Positions 47,806-61,800 of a stretch of DNA of 64,000 nt are shown one piece after another (within the stretch, counting starts at the first letter, position 1; each line of letters starts with the position of its first letter). The stretch is from NCBI GenBank assembly GCA_046563655.1, contig CM102283.1:1798001-1862000 (forward strand). Reading direction: 5' to 3'. Source of the DNA: Yuukianura sp. NJ FZ-2021 (Eukaryota). A model generated the notes under the pieces. That model saw only the letters and a list, made by a program, of their open reading frames with translations. It ran no database searches and was not told where the DNA came from. A program made the translations under genes and the position numbers.

Positions 47806-50800
47806 ATGGCTTTTCCACGTTCAATCGCTAAGGTACATCAAAATTTTGATGTTGATTTGAAATAACATTCATCTAAAACTCATTTTAAAATTGAGTTTTT
47901 TGTTTTCCCTTTTTGAAATTTTGATAATTTAGAAAACTTTTGAGGACATGAAAGCAGCACTGAAATTTTTATTTGAAGAGGAATACTACTCGAAACAATT
48001 CGGAGTCCAGAAATGTCTACCCAATGAAGAGGACTTTGGACTTTATGTTCCATTGAAAACTGCGCGGAAGGTAGATGGCGGTTATGAGGACATTGACTTG
48101 CAGCAGAAAATTTTGGAAGATATTTCTAACCCTGTTGGTCCTCTATCAACCCTTGTCCTAGGAGACTCTGGAACTGGAAAGTCATGGTTAGCTCTAAAAT
48201 TGACAAAGCATTTGTACGACTCCTCTCAAGAACAATTTCAAAACAAAATCCCTCTCTACATTCCGTTGGGCAAAATTGAAAGTATGAGTAAGGAATTACC
48301 AAGTGGTTCCAAAAGTGACATTTTGTCTAGCTACATAAAATTCCATAGTGATTCCTTAGATTTAGATTCTGATTTGAAATTTGAAAATTTTTATAAAAAA
48401 TTGTGCAAAGCTGAGCTGATTCTAATCTTGGATGGATTTGACGAACTTGAAGTCAAGGTCAATCTCTGGGAATCAAACGAGTGGACAAGCGATAAGTTTA
48501 GCAATAGACTTTGTACAATTGTATTTTGCCGCCCAAGTGCACTTTTGGATATTGACTTTTCAGAAATGTTTGCATTCTATAAGAATAGAGATAAACATAT
48601 CCCTGATCGATATAATATTTCACTTCTAGATAAAAATGTTGTTGAAAACTATATTCGACAGGTACCACAGTTTTTAAGTAAAATTAGGTATGATGGAGAT
48701 TATGATAGCCAAAATATTAGAGACCCCACTTGGATGATGACAAAGTCCGTTACTTCAAAACCTGGCAACTGTAAGTGGGAATCAAATGGAAAGGATTCAG
48801 AGTACAAAGATTGGTTCTTTGTTAAATTGCCTGAACTACAAAGATTGGCCAGAAACATTTATATTCTAAAAATAATATGTCAACTGCTGCCAAAATTAGT
48901 CGAGGATGAGAGAATACGTACGAGGCAAAATAAGACAAATGACGAATTTATGGACAAATTGGAAGAAATTTGTAGAACGGAGGTTCTTCTCTATGACAAA
49001 TTTACAGAGGCTTGGTTTACATATCAAGTAGATAAATTCAAACTAAAACCGTGCGTAATACAAAACGTTGAAGAGAAATGCGCTAAATCTGTTTCTGATA
49101 TTAAAAGTGTTCTTGTTCATTACATGGTTGGTTACGCTCAAAATCTAGCCATGCGACATGCTCGTCTCAAAGCTGGAAAAATTTCAAACGGTGAAATTCT
49201 AGCATCGGAAACTTTGTATTGGAATCTTTGGACTCCTTGGAATCCAAACTCTGAAACATTTTCTAGAGATAGAAAATTAGAAAACGAACTATTTCCAAAC
49301 AACGAGGAAGACACGGACGAGCATCGAGTTGCAAATCTCCAATTTTTGAGAGATTCTTGTCTCTTGCGATGTAGTTCAGACAATCGAAGTTTCAGTTTTA
49401 TGCATTTGTCTCTCTTTGAATATTTTTTGAGCAGAGAAGTTTTTGAAAAATTTCGAGGTGCACTAAATTACTATTCAAATTGGGAAAGAAGAAAGGCGGA
49501 AGATTTGTATTTTCCAATCAATCAAAAAAATATTAATGATTCAGAATTTAGTGGTATTTTGTCCAATCTTGTTGGCAGGGCTAAAGTAAACGAAACTTTT
49601 CAAGCACTTTTATTAGAAACTGTTAAAAAGTCTGCTACACTTCCAGGAATAGAGCAAATGGCTTCCAATGCTTTGACAATACTTAATTTAAGTGGGTTCA
49701 GTTTTTCTGGAAAAACGACAGCGGATGACAATTTTCAAAATATTCAAGTGCCTGGATCCAATTTTGAAAATTCTATATGTGGCAATAGTGATTTCAGTGG
49801 AGCAAATTTCGAACATGCAAAATTTGGTCAAGGGTGGTTCCAAGGCTGTAAATTCCAAGGTGTGAACTTTTCGAAATGTTCATTTGGACAAATTGCGCCA
49901 ATTAGTTTAGCTTCCAAAACATGCCAGGTAGTGGATATTTTGTGTTACGCCGAAGATGAATTTTATTATGTAGCCGTGTGTTACCATGAACCATGCAGAA
50001 GTGAAAAAGTTGTTGATTTGTACATAAAAAATTACAAGCTGACGACAGATTTTGAACAACAGGAATGCAAACTAATTTGTCTAGATCAACAACTGGAGTA
50101 TAATGAATACTATTTCCGGTATTTCTTGACAAAAGGGTGTGGTAATGTATTTCTCTTCATTTTCAGCGATACAAAAATACAATTGGCACACCGTAATATT
50201 TACACAAATGTTCCTAAATATTGGTACGAATTCAATTTCAATTCCAAATTGGCTTCTAATGAAAAAGACGTGCCCGTCTTCCAATGGGATTCTTTCTTGC
50301 ATTTCATGAACTCATCAAAATATGCACAAAAGTTTATCTTATTCTATTCGATAAATAGAAACCCAGAATTTTGTGACAAGGAAAGATTCAATCGTGAAGC
50401 AGAAAGTAGACAATTTCCTGAGAAGACAAAGCTGTACTGCAACAAATATTTTTGGATGCCTTTTGGAAACATCAAACTTCTTGTTTCCGTTGGGTTTGAA
50501 GGCGTAAAACATTTTGCAGATGCTTTTCGATAATATCAAAAACGTAACTTTGTTACATAATGAAAAACCTACTGTTTTAATACAAGAAAACAGTTGTTTT
50601 GAAATTTTCTGGCAAACAGTTCAATCGTCTGATATAGTACAACAAGACATAAGTTTGCAAGAAGTTGTGGTATATAATGATGGAAATTGTGACAACGAAA
50701 ACTCGCTTCTCTGGTTATCATTTGATGGCGTATATAATTATTTTTTTAACTTATTAAGTGACACGTTTCTGGATGTATTTGAAATTCCAGATGGATACTC

Positions 50801-52928
50801 TTCAAACTATCAACTTTTTGCGAAATCCCCTACTCACCAAATTATTTATTCTCACAATCAAGTTTTCAGCTTCAAGGAGCATAAATTGCAATGGAAATTA
50901 GATCATGTCGTACCTCCTGATGTTTATAGAATTTCTGAGAATTTGGATTTTGTTGCAAAATTAAGGGATGCGCTTATTGAAGTATTTAATGTCGAGACTG
51001 GAATGTTATGCCAAAATGTAATCAAAGATACGAAGACTCCTGCTACTTTCCTAAGTACAAAACACTGCACTGCAATAAAGTCTTATTTACTATACTTTTA
51101 TCAAAGATCTTTACATTTTGAAAAACTGGAGCCAATTGGGTATTCTACAAAGGAAATTATAGGTGCCGAGGCATATCCGGCGAAGAAGTACTTCTCAGAC
51201 GATGGAATTCTGTGTGTTCATGTTGGAGAAGTGCGCAGTTCCTTTTTATTGGAGTTTTATTTTTCCACAAATAATGGTAAATTCCGTAAACACTTTGTTC
51301 GTCGTTTTGAGTTTCAGAGGAATTTTGCCGTCACTCTTAGTCATTATGCCGTCCTAATAACGAAAAACAAGCTAGTCATCTTTTATTATCGTCTCCGAGA
51401 TCTGGGCTCAGAGAAAGATAAGCCCTCGGGATGTGATGAACATTGCCTGATTGCCTATGATGCTAGGAGTAGACTTGAGATTCACATAGATGGTATTCCG
51501 CACGAAACAATTGGTCCTACGAAATATTCAACAGGGATTTTTCCAATCCAGAGTTGTCAAAAACTTATTGTACATTGCGATCACAATTTGACCATTTATA
51601 CTGTTGAAGAATTTCCTCTCCTAGGTAAGATGCGTTTGCAGCTGGTATACAATTTTTCATTTAGAGCCAATACTGTCCTCCCAGTGTTTGTGCTTGATAC
51701 GAATTTTGAAAATTTAGTTTACATTTTCTCTAACGAGCTCCATGATAACAATTTTCAATTTTTGGATCTGAGCAAAAATATAGGCGAAGAACTAACCATC
51801 AACTGTACCGAAAGCTCTGACAACGTAGCTACGAAAGGGAAAAATTTATCGACAGTTCTATTTCCAAATAAAATTATTGTTGGTTACCGTGATTCAGGTA
51901 CTTTCTACACAGTTCGTGTCATGCCATACAAAGAATCAGGTGTAGAGAATCCCGTACACGTTGTACCATCCACAAAATTAGGATGGATTGTAGCTCAGTT
52001 TCCGAATGGAGATTTACATATTATAGAATCAATCAAACTAAAAACATTACTTGTTTTGCACGGATTCCATCCTGGCTGTAAATTGCACATAGTTGACCAA
52101 AATTCTAAACAGGTTCGCATTATATTGTTTGATGATACCAATCCCGATTTAGCTTTTATTACTATCAATGCAGATTCTCTGAGGCAATATTTCGACAACG
52201 ACGGTTTGGAGAAATTCAAAGATTGGAAAGTTGATAGAGGTCAAATTTCTAGCTCGATACTCTCATTGACGGAAGCCGATATTTCGTACTCGAAATATCT
52301 GAACAAAAGTGATAAGTCACTGTTTGAATTTCATAGTTCTGTTGGGTCTCCATCTGAGAACGAATACTATCGCCCATTTTGTAATTTGTTTCTACCTGTG
52401 ACAAACTATACACATTCTCTTTTGAAAGTAGACAATGCACAGCCATGCGATTTGACTAAAAAATGGACAGTGACTATCATTGCAAAAAAGAAAAAAATTA
52501 AACTCTTTAAGAAAACAATGTATGCTACTACAAAAGGACATTCAGCATTGGTAGTTGAAGGGATTATGCACGGAGGGCATTTCATCATTAGAGCTGAATT
52601 GACGCGACCTAGTAAAGACATTGTAGAAATTGAATGCCGGTCGTACCGAGGTAAAGCAATGTATGAGGAAATTATTCACAAATATTACGGAAAACAAATT
52701 CAAGTGGTTCCAGCAATAGGTTTGAAGCTATTGAAAAATATTTGGGTAGATACATACAATCCACAGTGGAAATATGATTTGGGATTTCACAACTGCAATA
52801 CTTGGATTAAGAAGAAACTTGAAATATTGGAGGATATCGGAAATGAATTTGATTCTAAACCGTATAGATTCTTCCTTAATCTTCCACAAGATTTTAAGTT
52901 AAAAAAGTTTAAAATAAAGGAACGTTGA
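47806..52928 (+). pseudogene. NLR-like copy 2, split by a 5-bp deletion
   Basis: Same exon structure as copy 1. It reads GATGC-----TTTTCGATAAT at ~50523 where the paralogues read GATGCCAACATTTTGGATAAT. The 861-aa and 804-aa halves are otherwise open. Confidence 0.8.
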
Positions 52929-53671
52929 GAAGAAGAAGTAAATTAGACTTATAATGTCGGTAAACTACAGCTTTTAATAAGCCTTACTGTACAAATAGTC
53001 ATTCCTTTTACTTCGATTATTGAGTAGTGCTAATTAGTAAATTTTTAAGTAACTAGCTGTATTTTAAGATAATAGAATTAAAACTGTTTACACATGATTT
53101 GATTTTTTTTAAGTTGGTAAATACTACTACAACTTTGGTTTAATATTAATTATACTTAGGTTTTATAGAAGAAACATTTTATTTCTGTAAAAAGTCACTT
53201 GTAAAAAGTCGCTTGAAATTGTTTAGTCAAATAAATACGTGTGAAATAAAGCAAAATACAAAAAATTCAGAGCTCAATTTTCACTGAATGGTAAAAACTC
53301 CAAGGTTTGGTTTAAAGTATTCTCGAAATATTTTATAATTGGGCTACGAAAATCCCTTTTTAGCTAATCTGAAAAATTGTTTTTTCGAAAACGTTTTTCT
53401 AGGTGAAAATCTGCAAAGATTTTTTTTCTCTTCGAAGGATTTTTTTTTCATGGCGACCGATTGTGGTTTGGACTTTTCTAAAACAAAAACAAATATTTTT
53501 TTTTAGAGATTGACACTTTAGAATTCATGTTTTCAGGCTCCGGCTGTCAAGCTCGTCGTCAGCTGGTGATTTTGACTTTTGACCTCTAGCAGTCATATCT
53601 ACTGTCGTCTATAATACTTAGCTTTCAACAAAGTTCTTAAAATTTTTAGCTTTCTCAGACATTTTTAGAAA

Positions 53672-55311
53672 ATGGCTACTCCAGTGTCCAGCTCCACCAC
53701 TGTCCCATGTACTTGTCCTTCCAGTGCCACTGGGGGTGACGGCCTTGATCGCTTCGAACTTTGTCCAACTCGCACAATCGAGAATTTAGGTGAAGTGACT
53801 GAACGAGGCTGGCACTCCATGGTGCTTACCCTGGAACGGCCCAACTCCCCGATCATTTTGGTTCCACGCGGTACTTCATTAATATGTTGCATATAATTAA
53901 ACTTTAGTTATAAATTAATTAAAAAGTTAATTACCAATTATTTTTTTTACTTTAGTTGGACATGCCCTCGTGACAGTTCCAGATCGGCGACAAATCTACA
54001 TGATTGGAGGAGGGAACCACGAGGGCCCGTTGACGGAGATTTGGCGAATCGAGTACTCGGGAACAGAATCTTGGGAAATTGGAGTAGACGTTTCAGTTTC
54101 AGTGGATTTTGTAAGAATAAAACTATATAATTAAGATAAATATAAAAAGATTTTAATTAACTTTACATATATTTTTAGCCGCCGAGGTACGAGTTTTTGT
54201 GTGGACTGGACAAGGCTCGGAAAAAAATTTGGGTGTTCGGTGGAGCTGATGCTGTCAATACAAACAACGATGTGCTGCACATCGACATATACAATGAAGT
54301 GGTGCGAGAGGTCATGCCACCACCAATGGTCTTTGACCTCTATGGACGACCGGTCATTGACGAAAACCCGGAGGTCAACCCAGACCTACCTTCGTCACGA
54401 ACTCAAGGAAACAACTCTTGCATTGTTGGTATGTTCTAAAACTAATTACTTAATATAACTTATTTAAATATTAGCAAAAGTTAAATTTTAATAATTTAAC
54501 TTATTTAATTTAATTTCAGAGATTAATGGACAAGAGAATCTGATTGTGTTCGGAGGTGGAGTGGGCCAGGAGAAGTCGGTGGCCGATGGACACCTCTACA
54601 TGTTCAACACTGCAACAACAGCTTGGAAAAAAGTTGAAGTGACCGGAAGTGTCCCTGTGCCGGTTCAAGGTCATGGAATGGTCGCTGTGGGGTCAAAGGT
54701 CACGCTTATGTTTAACTTCAAACTTCATCGGTCTTAAGTTGGCCACTACACTTCTGATTGTCGAACTAACTCAGGTTTACATGTTCGGAGGTATGGAGGA
54801 CATGCGACTTTTCAACGACTTTTTTATGATTGATGTCGCAGCGGCAGTACCGAAGTGGATCAAGATCCGGACCACCGATGGACCGAAACCGGCACCGAGA
54901 GCTGCGCATGGCTCAACTGCCGTGGGAAAGGACATTTACGTTTTCGGTGGTGTCGGGGAGCATGGATCTCTTGCTGATTTGTGGAAATATGACACCGGTA
55001 AAAAAATTCATTTTGAAATTTCAAAATTTAAAAACAATGAAATTCTAAACAAAATTTTAACTCATAACTTTTGTGACTCCACAGAAGCTAGAGAGTGGAG
55101 CCTCGTTGACGATGGAACGCGAACAGTCAATGACGAAAAAAAATTTCAAATTCAGCCGCGTCTGGACATGGCCATGACGAGCGTCAAGGTGACACTGGAA
55201 CAAAATGGCACCTATGTCAGAGGCGATGTTCTTGTCGTCAACGGCGGAATGAACACAATGGGCCACTTGTTCGACGACACTTGGATCTACCCGCTTTTCA
55301 TTCAACAGTAA
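53672..55311 (+). CDS. RABEPK: Rab9 effector with kelch motifs (p40)-like
   Basis: Kelch blades PR|VGHA, IYMIGGG, PRYEF, IWVFGGA, VFGGG, QGHGMVAVGS, AAHGSTAVGKDIYVFGG, RLDMAM and GGMNTMG. Confidence 0.8.
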
Positions 55312-55423
55312 AAAGTTAACAACAATCTTCAACTTAAAAATTTTTAAAAAACAGCATTCCAAAAAAGTGTAATTTTATAAACTTTTTCAAAAATTTGAAA
55401 AAATATTTTGTACTTTCCTTGCT

Positions 55424-55800
55424 ATTGATTATGTTCAGGTTCGATAGAAATTTTGAGCGTGTGACTTTTTAGTTCTTGAAATTGGTCTAAAACTTCGGTG
55501 GCAAATTCAGCTGATGAATATTTGAAATAAGCGGTTGGAATTTACATTTAGAATTGTAGGTGGCACTGGCGCGAGTTTTTGAATTTGCTGTACTCGATTT
55601 CATATTGGACATGGTTTTGGTTGACTCGGCGGAATCCACTCTTGCCGAGTATTTCCGAACTTTCATTCGAAATCCACCAACTTTCTTTCTGACGGGCGTG
55701 TGTCCAATATCCTTTTTATGTAGGGTTTCAACAAAATTTTTACAAATAAATGTTCAAGTAGATAGTATGAGGATAATGTCCTGTGTTGGACTTTTGGACT
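55424..55800 (-). pseudogene. Degenerate remnant of the 3' part of the RRM gene
   Basis: Patchy match to 61800-62400, e.g. ATTGATTATGTTC...CGATAGAAATTTTGAGCGTGTGAC and GTTGACTCGGCGGAA. Confidence 0.8.
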
Positions 55801-56175
55801 AGCGATGTTGTGTAATTCCGATGAATTGAAACCCTATTTTTAGCTTGATTTTAAAACATTCTTTCCGCTATGAAGTAAAATAACAGAACCACACCATCGC
55901 AAGTTGTAAGTTGAGTCAACGTAAATCCAGTTATAGTGTATAGCCGTCTTATAAAACACTTCACTTTGCACACTTTACTCTTTAGAAACCACTTAGTTTT
56001 TGCGACAAAAACAGTCAGACCGGATGATCATTGGGATTTATCATTCTCCTTCTGGTTTTCTTTTTAACCAAACCTTCGTTTTCTTTTGCGAACTTACAGT
56101 ATTCTAAATCAAAATTTCTCAAAAAGTTCTAAATCTGTTTGGATCTTGTCGATTTTCAAAAAGTTAGAAGCGAAA

Positions 56176-59100
56176 ATGGATACTCCACGTTCAAACGCCA
56201 AGGTAAATAAAATTTTGTACGATGTTGACTGAAAGCATTCATATAAAACTCATTTTAAAAGGGAGTTTTATAAAGACGGAGTTTATTGAAATTTTGATAT
56301 TTTTTAGAACACTGTCCAGGACATGAAGGCAGCAATGAAATCTTTATTTGAAGAGAAATACTACTCAAAGCAATTCCGAGAGGACTTTGAACTTTATGTG
56401 CCATTGAAAACTGCACAGACGGGAGATGGCGGCGGTTCTAAGGACATTGACTTACAGCAGAAAATTTTGGAAAATATTTCGAAACCTGTTGGTCCTCTAT
56501 CAACCCTTGTCCTAGGAGACTCTGGAACTGGAAAGTCATGGTTAGCTCTAAAATTGACAAAGCATTTGTACGACTCCTCTGAAAAACAATTTCAAAACAA
56601 AATCCCAATCTACATTCCGTTGGGCAAAGTTGAAAATATGAGTAAGGAACTACCAAGTGGTTCCAAAAGTGACATTTTGTGGAGCTACATAAAATTCCAT
56701 AGTGATTCCTTAACAGATTTAGATTCTGACTTGAAATTTGAAAATTTTTATAAAAAATTGTGCAAGGCTGAACTGATTCTAATCTTGGATGGGTTTGACG
56801 AACTTGAAGTCAAGGTCAATCTCTGGGAAACAAACGAGTGGACAAGCGATAGGTTTAGCGATAGGCTTTGTACAATTGTATTTTGCCGCCCAAGTGCACT
56901 TTTGGATATTGACTTTGCAAAAATGTTTGAATTCTATAAGAATAGAATGCAACATGTCCCTGATCGATATAATATTTCACTTCTAGATAAAAATGTTGTT
57001 GAAAACTATATTAGTCAGGTACCACAGTTTTTAAGTAAAATTAAGTATGATGCAGATTATGATAGCCAAAATATTAGAGACCCAACTTGGATGATGACAA
57101 AGTCCGTTACTTCAAAACCTGGCAACTGTAAGTGGGAATCAAATGGGGAGGATTCAGAGTACAAAGATTGGTTCTTTGTTAAATTGCCTGAACTACAAAG
57201 ATTGGCCAGAAACATTTATATTCTAAAAATAATATGTCAACTGCTGCCAAAATTAGTCGAAGATGAGAGAATGCGTACGGGACAAAATAAGACAAATGAC
57301 GAATTTATGGACAAATTGGAAGAAATTTGTAGAACGGAGGTTCTTCTCTATGACAAATTTACAGAGGCTTGGTTTACATATCAAGTAGATAGATTCAAAC
57401 TAAAACCGTGCGAAAAACAAAGCATTGAAGAAAGATGCGCTAAATCTATTTCTTATATTAAAAGTGTGCTTGTTCATTACATGGTTGGTTACGCTCAAAA
57501 TCTAGCCATGCGATATGCTCGTCTCAAAGCTGGAAAAATTTCAAACGGTGAAATTCCAGCATCAGAAACTTTGTATTGGAATCTTTGGACTCCTTGGAAT
57601 CCAAACTCTGAAACATTTTCTAGAGATAGAAAATTAGAAAACGAACTATTTCCAAACAATGAGAAAGACACAGATGAGCATCGAGTTGCAAATCTGAAGT
57701 TTTTGAGGGATTCTTGTCTCTTGCGATGTAGTTCAGACGATAAAAGTTTCACTTTTATGCATTTGTCTCTCTTTGAATATTTTTTGAGCAGAGAAGTTTT
57801 TGAAAAATTTCGAGGTGCACTAAATTACTATTCAAATTGGGAAAGAAGAAAGGCGGAAGATTTGTATTTTCCAATCAATCAAAAAAATATTAATGATTCA
57901 GAATTTAGTGGTATTTTGTCCAATCTTGTTGGCAGGGCTAAAGTAGACGAAAATTTTCAAGCACTTTTATTAGAAACTGTTAAAAAGTCTGCTACACTTC
58001 CAGGAATAGAGCAAATGGCTTCCAATGCTTTGACAATACTTAATTTAAGTGGGTACAGTTTTTCTGGAAAAATGACAGAGGATGACAATTTTCAAAATAT
58101 TCAAGTGCCTGGAACAAATTTTAAAAATTCTATATGTGGTAATAGTGATTTCAGTGGAGCAAATTTTAAAGATGCAAAATTTAGTCAAGGGTGGTTCCAA
58201 GGCTGTAAATTCCAAGGTGTGAACTTTTCGAAATGTTCATTTGGACAAATTGCTCCGATTAGTCTAGATTCGAAAACATGCCATGTACTGGACATTTTAT
58301 GTTACGCCGAAGATGAATTTTATTATGTAGTCGTGTGTTACTATGAACCATGCAGAAGTGAAAAAGAGGTTGATTTGTACATAAAAAATTACAAGCTGAC
58401 GATAGATTTTGAACAACAGGAATGCGAACTGATTTGTCTAGAACAACAAATGGAGTATGATAAACACTATTTCCGGTATTTCTTGACAAAAGGGTCCGGT
58501 AATGTATTTCTCTTCATTTTCAGCAATACTGAAATACAGTTGCCAAAACGGACTATTTACTACACAAAGGTTCCTAAATATTGGTACGAATTCAATTTCC
58601 ATTCAAAATTGACTTCTAATGACATAGAAGTGCCCGCTTTCGAGCGGGATTCTTTCTTGGAGTTTATAAACTCTTCAAAATATACACAAAAGTTTATCTT
58701 ATTCTATTCGATAAATAGAAACCCAGAATTTTGTGACAAGGAAAGATTCAACCGTGAAGCAGAAAGTAGACAATTTCCCGAAAAGACAAGGCTGTACTGC
58801 AACAAGTATTTTTGGATGCCTTTTGGAGACATTAAACTTCTCGTTTCCGTTGGCTATGCAGGCGTCAAACATTTCGCAGATGCCAACATTTTGGATAATA
58901 TCATGACCGTAACCTTGTTGCATAGAGAAAACCCTACTGTTTTAGTACAAGAAAGCAGTTGTTTTGAAGTTTTCTGGCAAACTGTTCAATCATCTAAAGA
59001 CAAATATTTCCGAGAAGTTCTGATATCTAATTCTGGAAGTTGTTACAACGGAAACTCTCTTCTTTGTTTGTCAGTTGACCGCGGAAATAAATATATTTTT

Positions 59101-61314
59101 GACTTATTAAGCGACAAGTTGCTCGATGTTTTTGATAAGCGTGGTGGCTACAGTTCAAACTATCAACTTTTCCGGAAATCCCCTACTCACCGCATTATTT
59201 ATTCTTCCAATCAAGTTTACAGCTACAAGGAGCATAAATTACAATGGAAATTAGATCATGTATCATCATCTGCTGCTTATATAATTTCTGATAATTTGGA
59301 TTTTGTTGCAAAATTAAGGGATACACTTATTGAAGTATTTAATGTCTCGACTGGCTTGTTATGCCACAATGTAATCAAAGATACGATGACTCCTGCTACT
59401 TTCCTAAGTACAAAACATTGTACTGCTATAAACTCTTATTTACTATACTTTTATCAAAGTGCCTTACATTTTGAAAAACTGGAGCCAATTGGGCATTCTA
59501 CAAAGAAAATAATAGTTGGCAAGGCATATCCAGCGAAGAAGTACTTCTCAGACGATGGAACTCTGTGTGTCCATGTTGAGCAAGACCACAACTCTTTTTC
59601 ATTGGTGTTTTATTCCTCCAATGATAATGATAAATTCCGCAAACACTTTGTTCGTCGTTTCGAGTTTAAGCGCTATTATTTTTCTGCAAGTGGTCATGCT
59701 GTCCTAATAACACAAAACAAGCTAGTTTTCTTTTATTATCGTCTCCGAAATTTTGGTTCATCTTCAGCGGAAGAACGGTTGAATATAGATAGAAGAAAAT
59801 TTAGAGAGTCCTCAGGATATGATGAGCATTGTCTGATTGGCTATGATGCTAAGAGTAGACTCCAAATTCAAATAGACGGTATCCCATCACTTTCATCTAG
59901 AGAATTTGCAGTCGATATTTTGGCAATCCAGAGTTGTCAGAGACTTATTGTAAAAAGTGATGGCAACTTGAGCATTTATACTATTGAAGAATCTATTCCC
60001 GCAGGTGAAATTCGTTTGCAGGTGCTATACAATTTTTCATTTAGAGCCAGTATTGGCAGCCCAAGGGCTGTACTTGATCCAAATTACGAAAATGTAGTTT
60101 ACATTTTCTGTGAGGGGGTTAACGATAAAAAATTATATGTTCTGGATCTGGGCGAAAATACAGAACTAACCGTCAACTGTAGCGAAAGATGTGACAACGT
60201 AGCTACAAAAAATGAAAACTTATCGACAGTTCTATTTCCAGATAAAATCATTGTTGGTTACCGTGATTCAGGTACTTTCTACACAGTTCGTGCCATGCCA
60301 TACAAAGAATCAAGTGTAGAGTATCCCGTACACGTTGTATCATCCACAAGATTAGGATGGATTGTAGCTCAGTTTCCGAATGGAGATTTACATATTATAG
60401 AATCAATCAAACTAAAAACATTACTTGTTTTGCACGGATTCCATCCTGGCTGTAAATTTCACATAGTTGACCAAAATTCTAAACAGGTTCGCATTATATT
60501 GTTTGATTCCAATCCAGATTTAGCTTTTATTACTATCAATGCAGATTCTCTAAGAGAATATTTCGAAAAAGGTTGTTTGGAGAAATTCAAAGATTGGAAA
60601 GTTGATAGAGGTCAAATTTCTAGCTCAATACTCTCATTGACGGAAGCCGATATTTCGTACTCGAAATATCTGAACAAAAGTGATAAGTCACTGTTTGAAT
60701 TTCATAGTTCTGTTGGGTCTCCATCTGAAAACGAGGACTATCGCCCATTTTGCAATTTGTTTCTACCTGTGACAAACTATACACATTCTATTTTGAAAGT
60801 AGACAATGCACAGCCATGCGATTTGACTAAAGCATGGACAGTGACTATAATTGCAAAAAAGTACGAAATTAAACTCTTTAAGAAAACAATGTATACTACT
60901 ACAAAAGGACATTCAGCATTGGTAGTTGAAGGGATTATGCACGGAGGGCATTTCATCATTAGAGCTGAATTGACACGACCTAGTAAAAACATTATAAAAA
61001 TTGAATGTCAGTCGTTTCGAGGTAAAATAAACTATGAGGAAATTATAAACAAATATTACGGAAAACAAATTCAAGTGGTTCCAGCAATAGGTTTGAAGCT
61101 ATTGAAAAATATTTGGGTAGATACATACAATCCACAGTGGAAATATGATTTGGGATTTCACAACTGCAATACTTGGATTAAGAAGAAACTTGAAATATTG
61201 GGTTTCGAAAATGAATTTGATTCTAAACCGTATAGATTCTTCCTTAGTCTTCCACAAGATTTTAACTTAGAAAAGTTTAAAATAAAAGAACATCAAAAAG
61301 AAGAAAATAGTTAG
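56176..61314 (+). CDS. NLR-like protein copy 3 (intact)
   Basis: Exon 1 at 56176-56202, exon 2 from 56308. Same NACHT, pentapeptide and HSALVVEG...YDLGFHNCNTW motifs; 1663-aa ORF. Confidence 0.88.
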
Positions 61315-61607
61315 ACTGATAATGCCTGTGCAGCTTTTAATGAGCTTTACGGTAAAAATAGTCATTCCTTTTACTTGTTGGTCAGTAATGCTGATTAGGA
61401 AATTTTTAAGTAACCATGTTTATGTTAGTATAGTAGAATTATAACTGATTTGGTAAGTAAGTAAATTATTACAACAACTTGGTTTAATATAAATTGTGCT
61501 TAGTTAGTATTTATAGATGAAAATTATAGTTACTCTGTAAAAAGTTAGGTTGAATATTTTTTGTCAATATGTGTATAATAAAAGCAGAATACTGAAAATT
61601 CAGAACG

Positions 61608-61790
61608 TTGTCGTCAACGGCGGAATGAACACAATGAGCCACTTGTTTGACGATACTTGGATGTACGCCCGCTCTTAGTTCGTTAAAAGAACAAAAATAT
61701 TCAATACTTTTCACAAATCAGCATTCCAAAACAGTGTAATTTTTATAAACTTCAAAAATTTAAAAAAAAATGCATATTTTTAAACGTACT
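61608..61790 (+). pseudogene. Remnant of the RABEPK-like 3' end
   Basis: TTGTCGTCAACGGCGGAATGAACACAATGAGCCACTTGTTTGACGATACTTGGAT matches 55232-55290 and the following UTR. Confidence 0.85.
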
Positions 61791-61800
61791 TTCTCTGTTG

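Noticed and set aside
53672-55311. Kelch gene as a RAG2-like partner of the Transib
   Set aside because: It lies 33 kb outside the TIRs, has no PHD or acidic hinge, and its motifs follow RABEPK.
42091-61314. NLR genes as bacterial contamination
   Set aside because: Each has a spliced leader exon with in-phase GT-AG, and they are interleaved with intron-rich host genes and their duplicated remnants.
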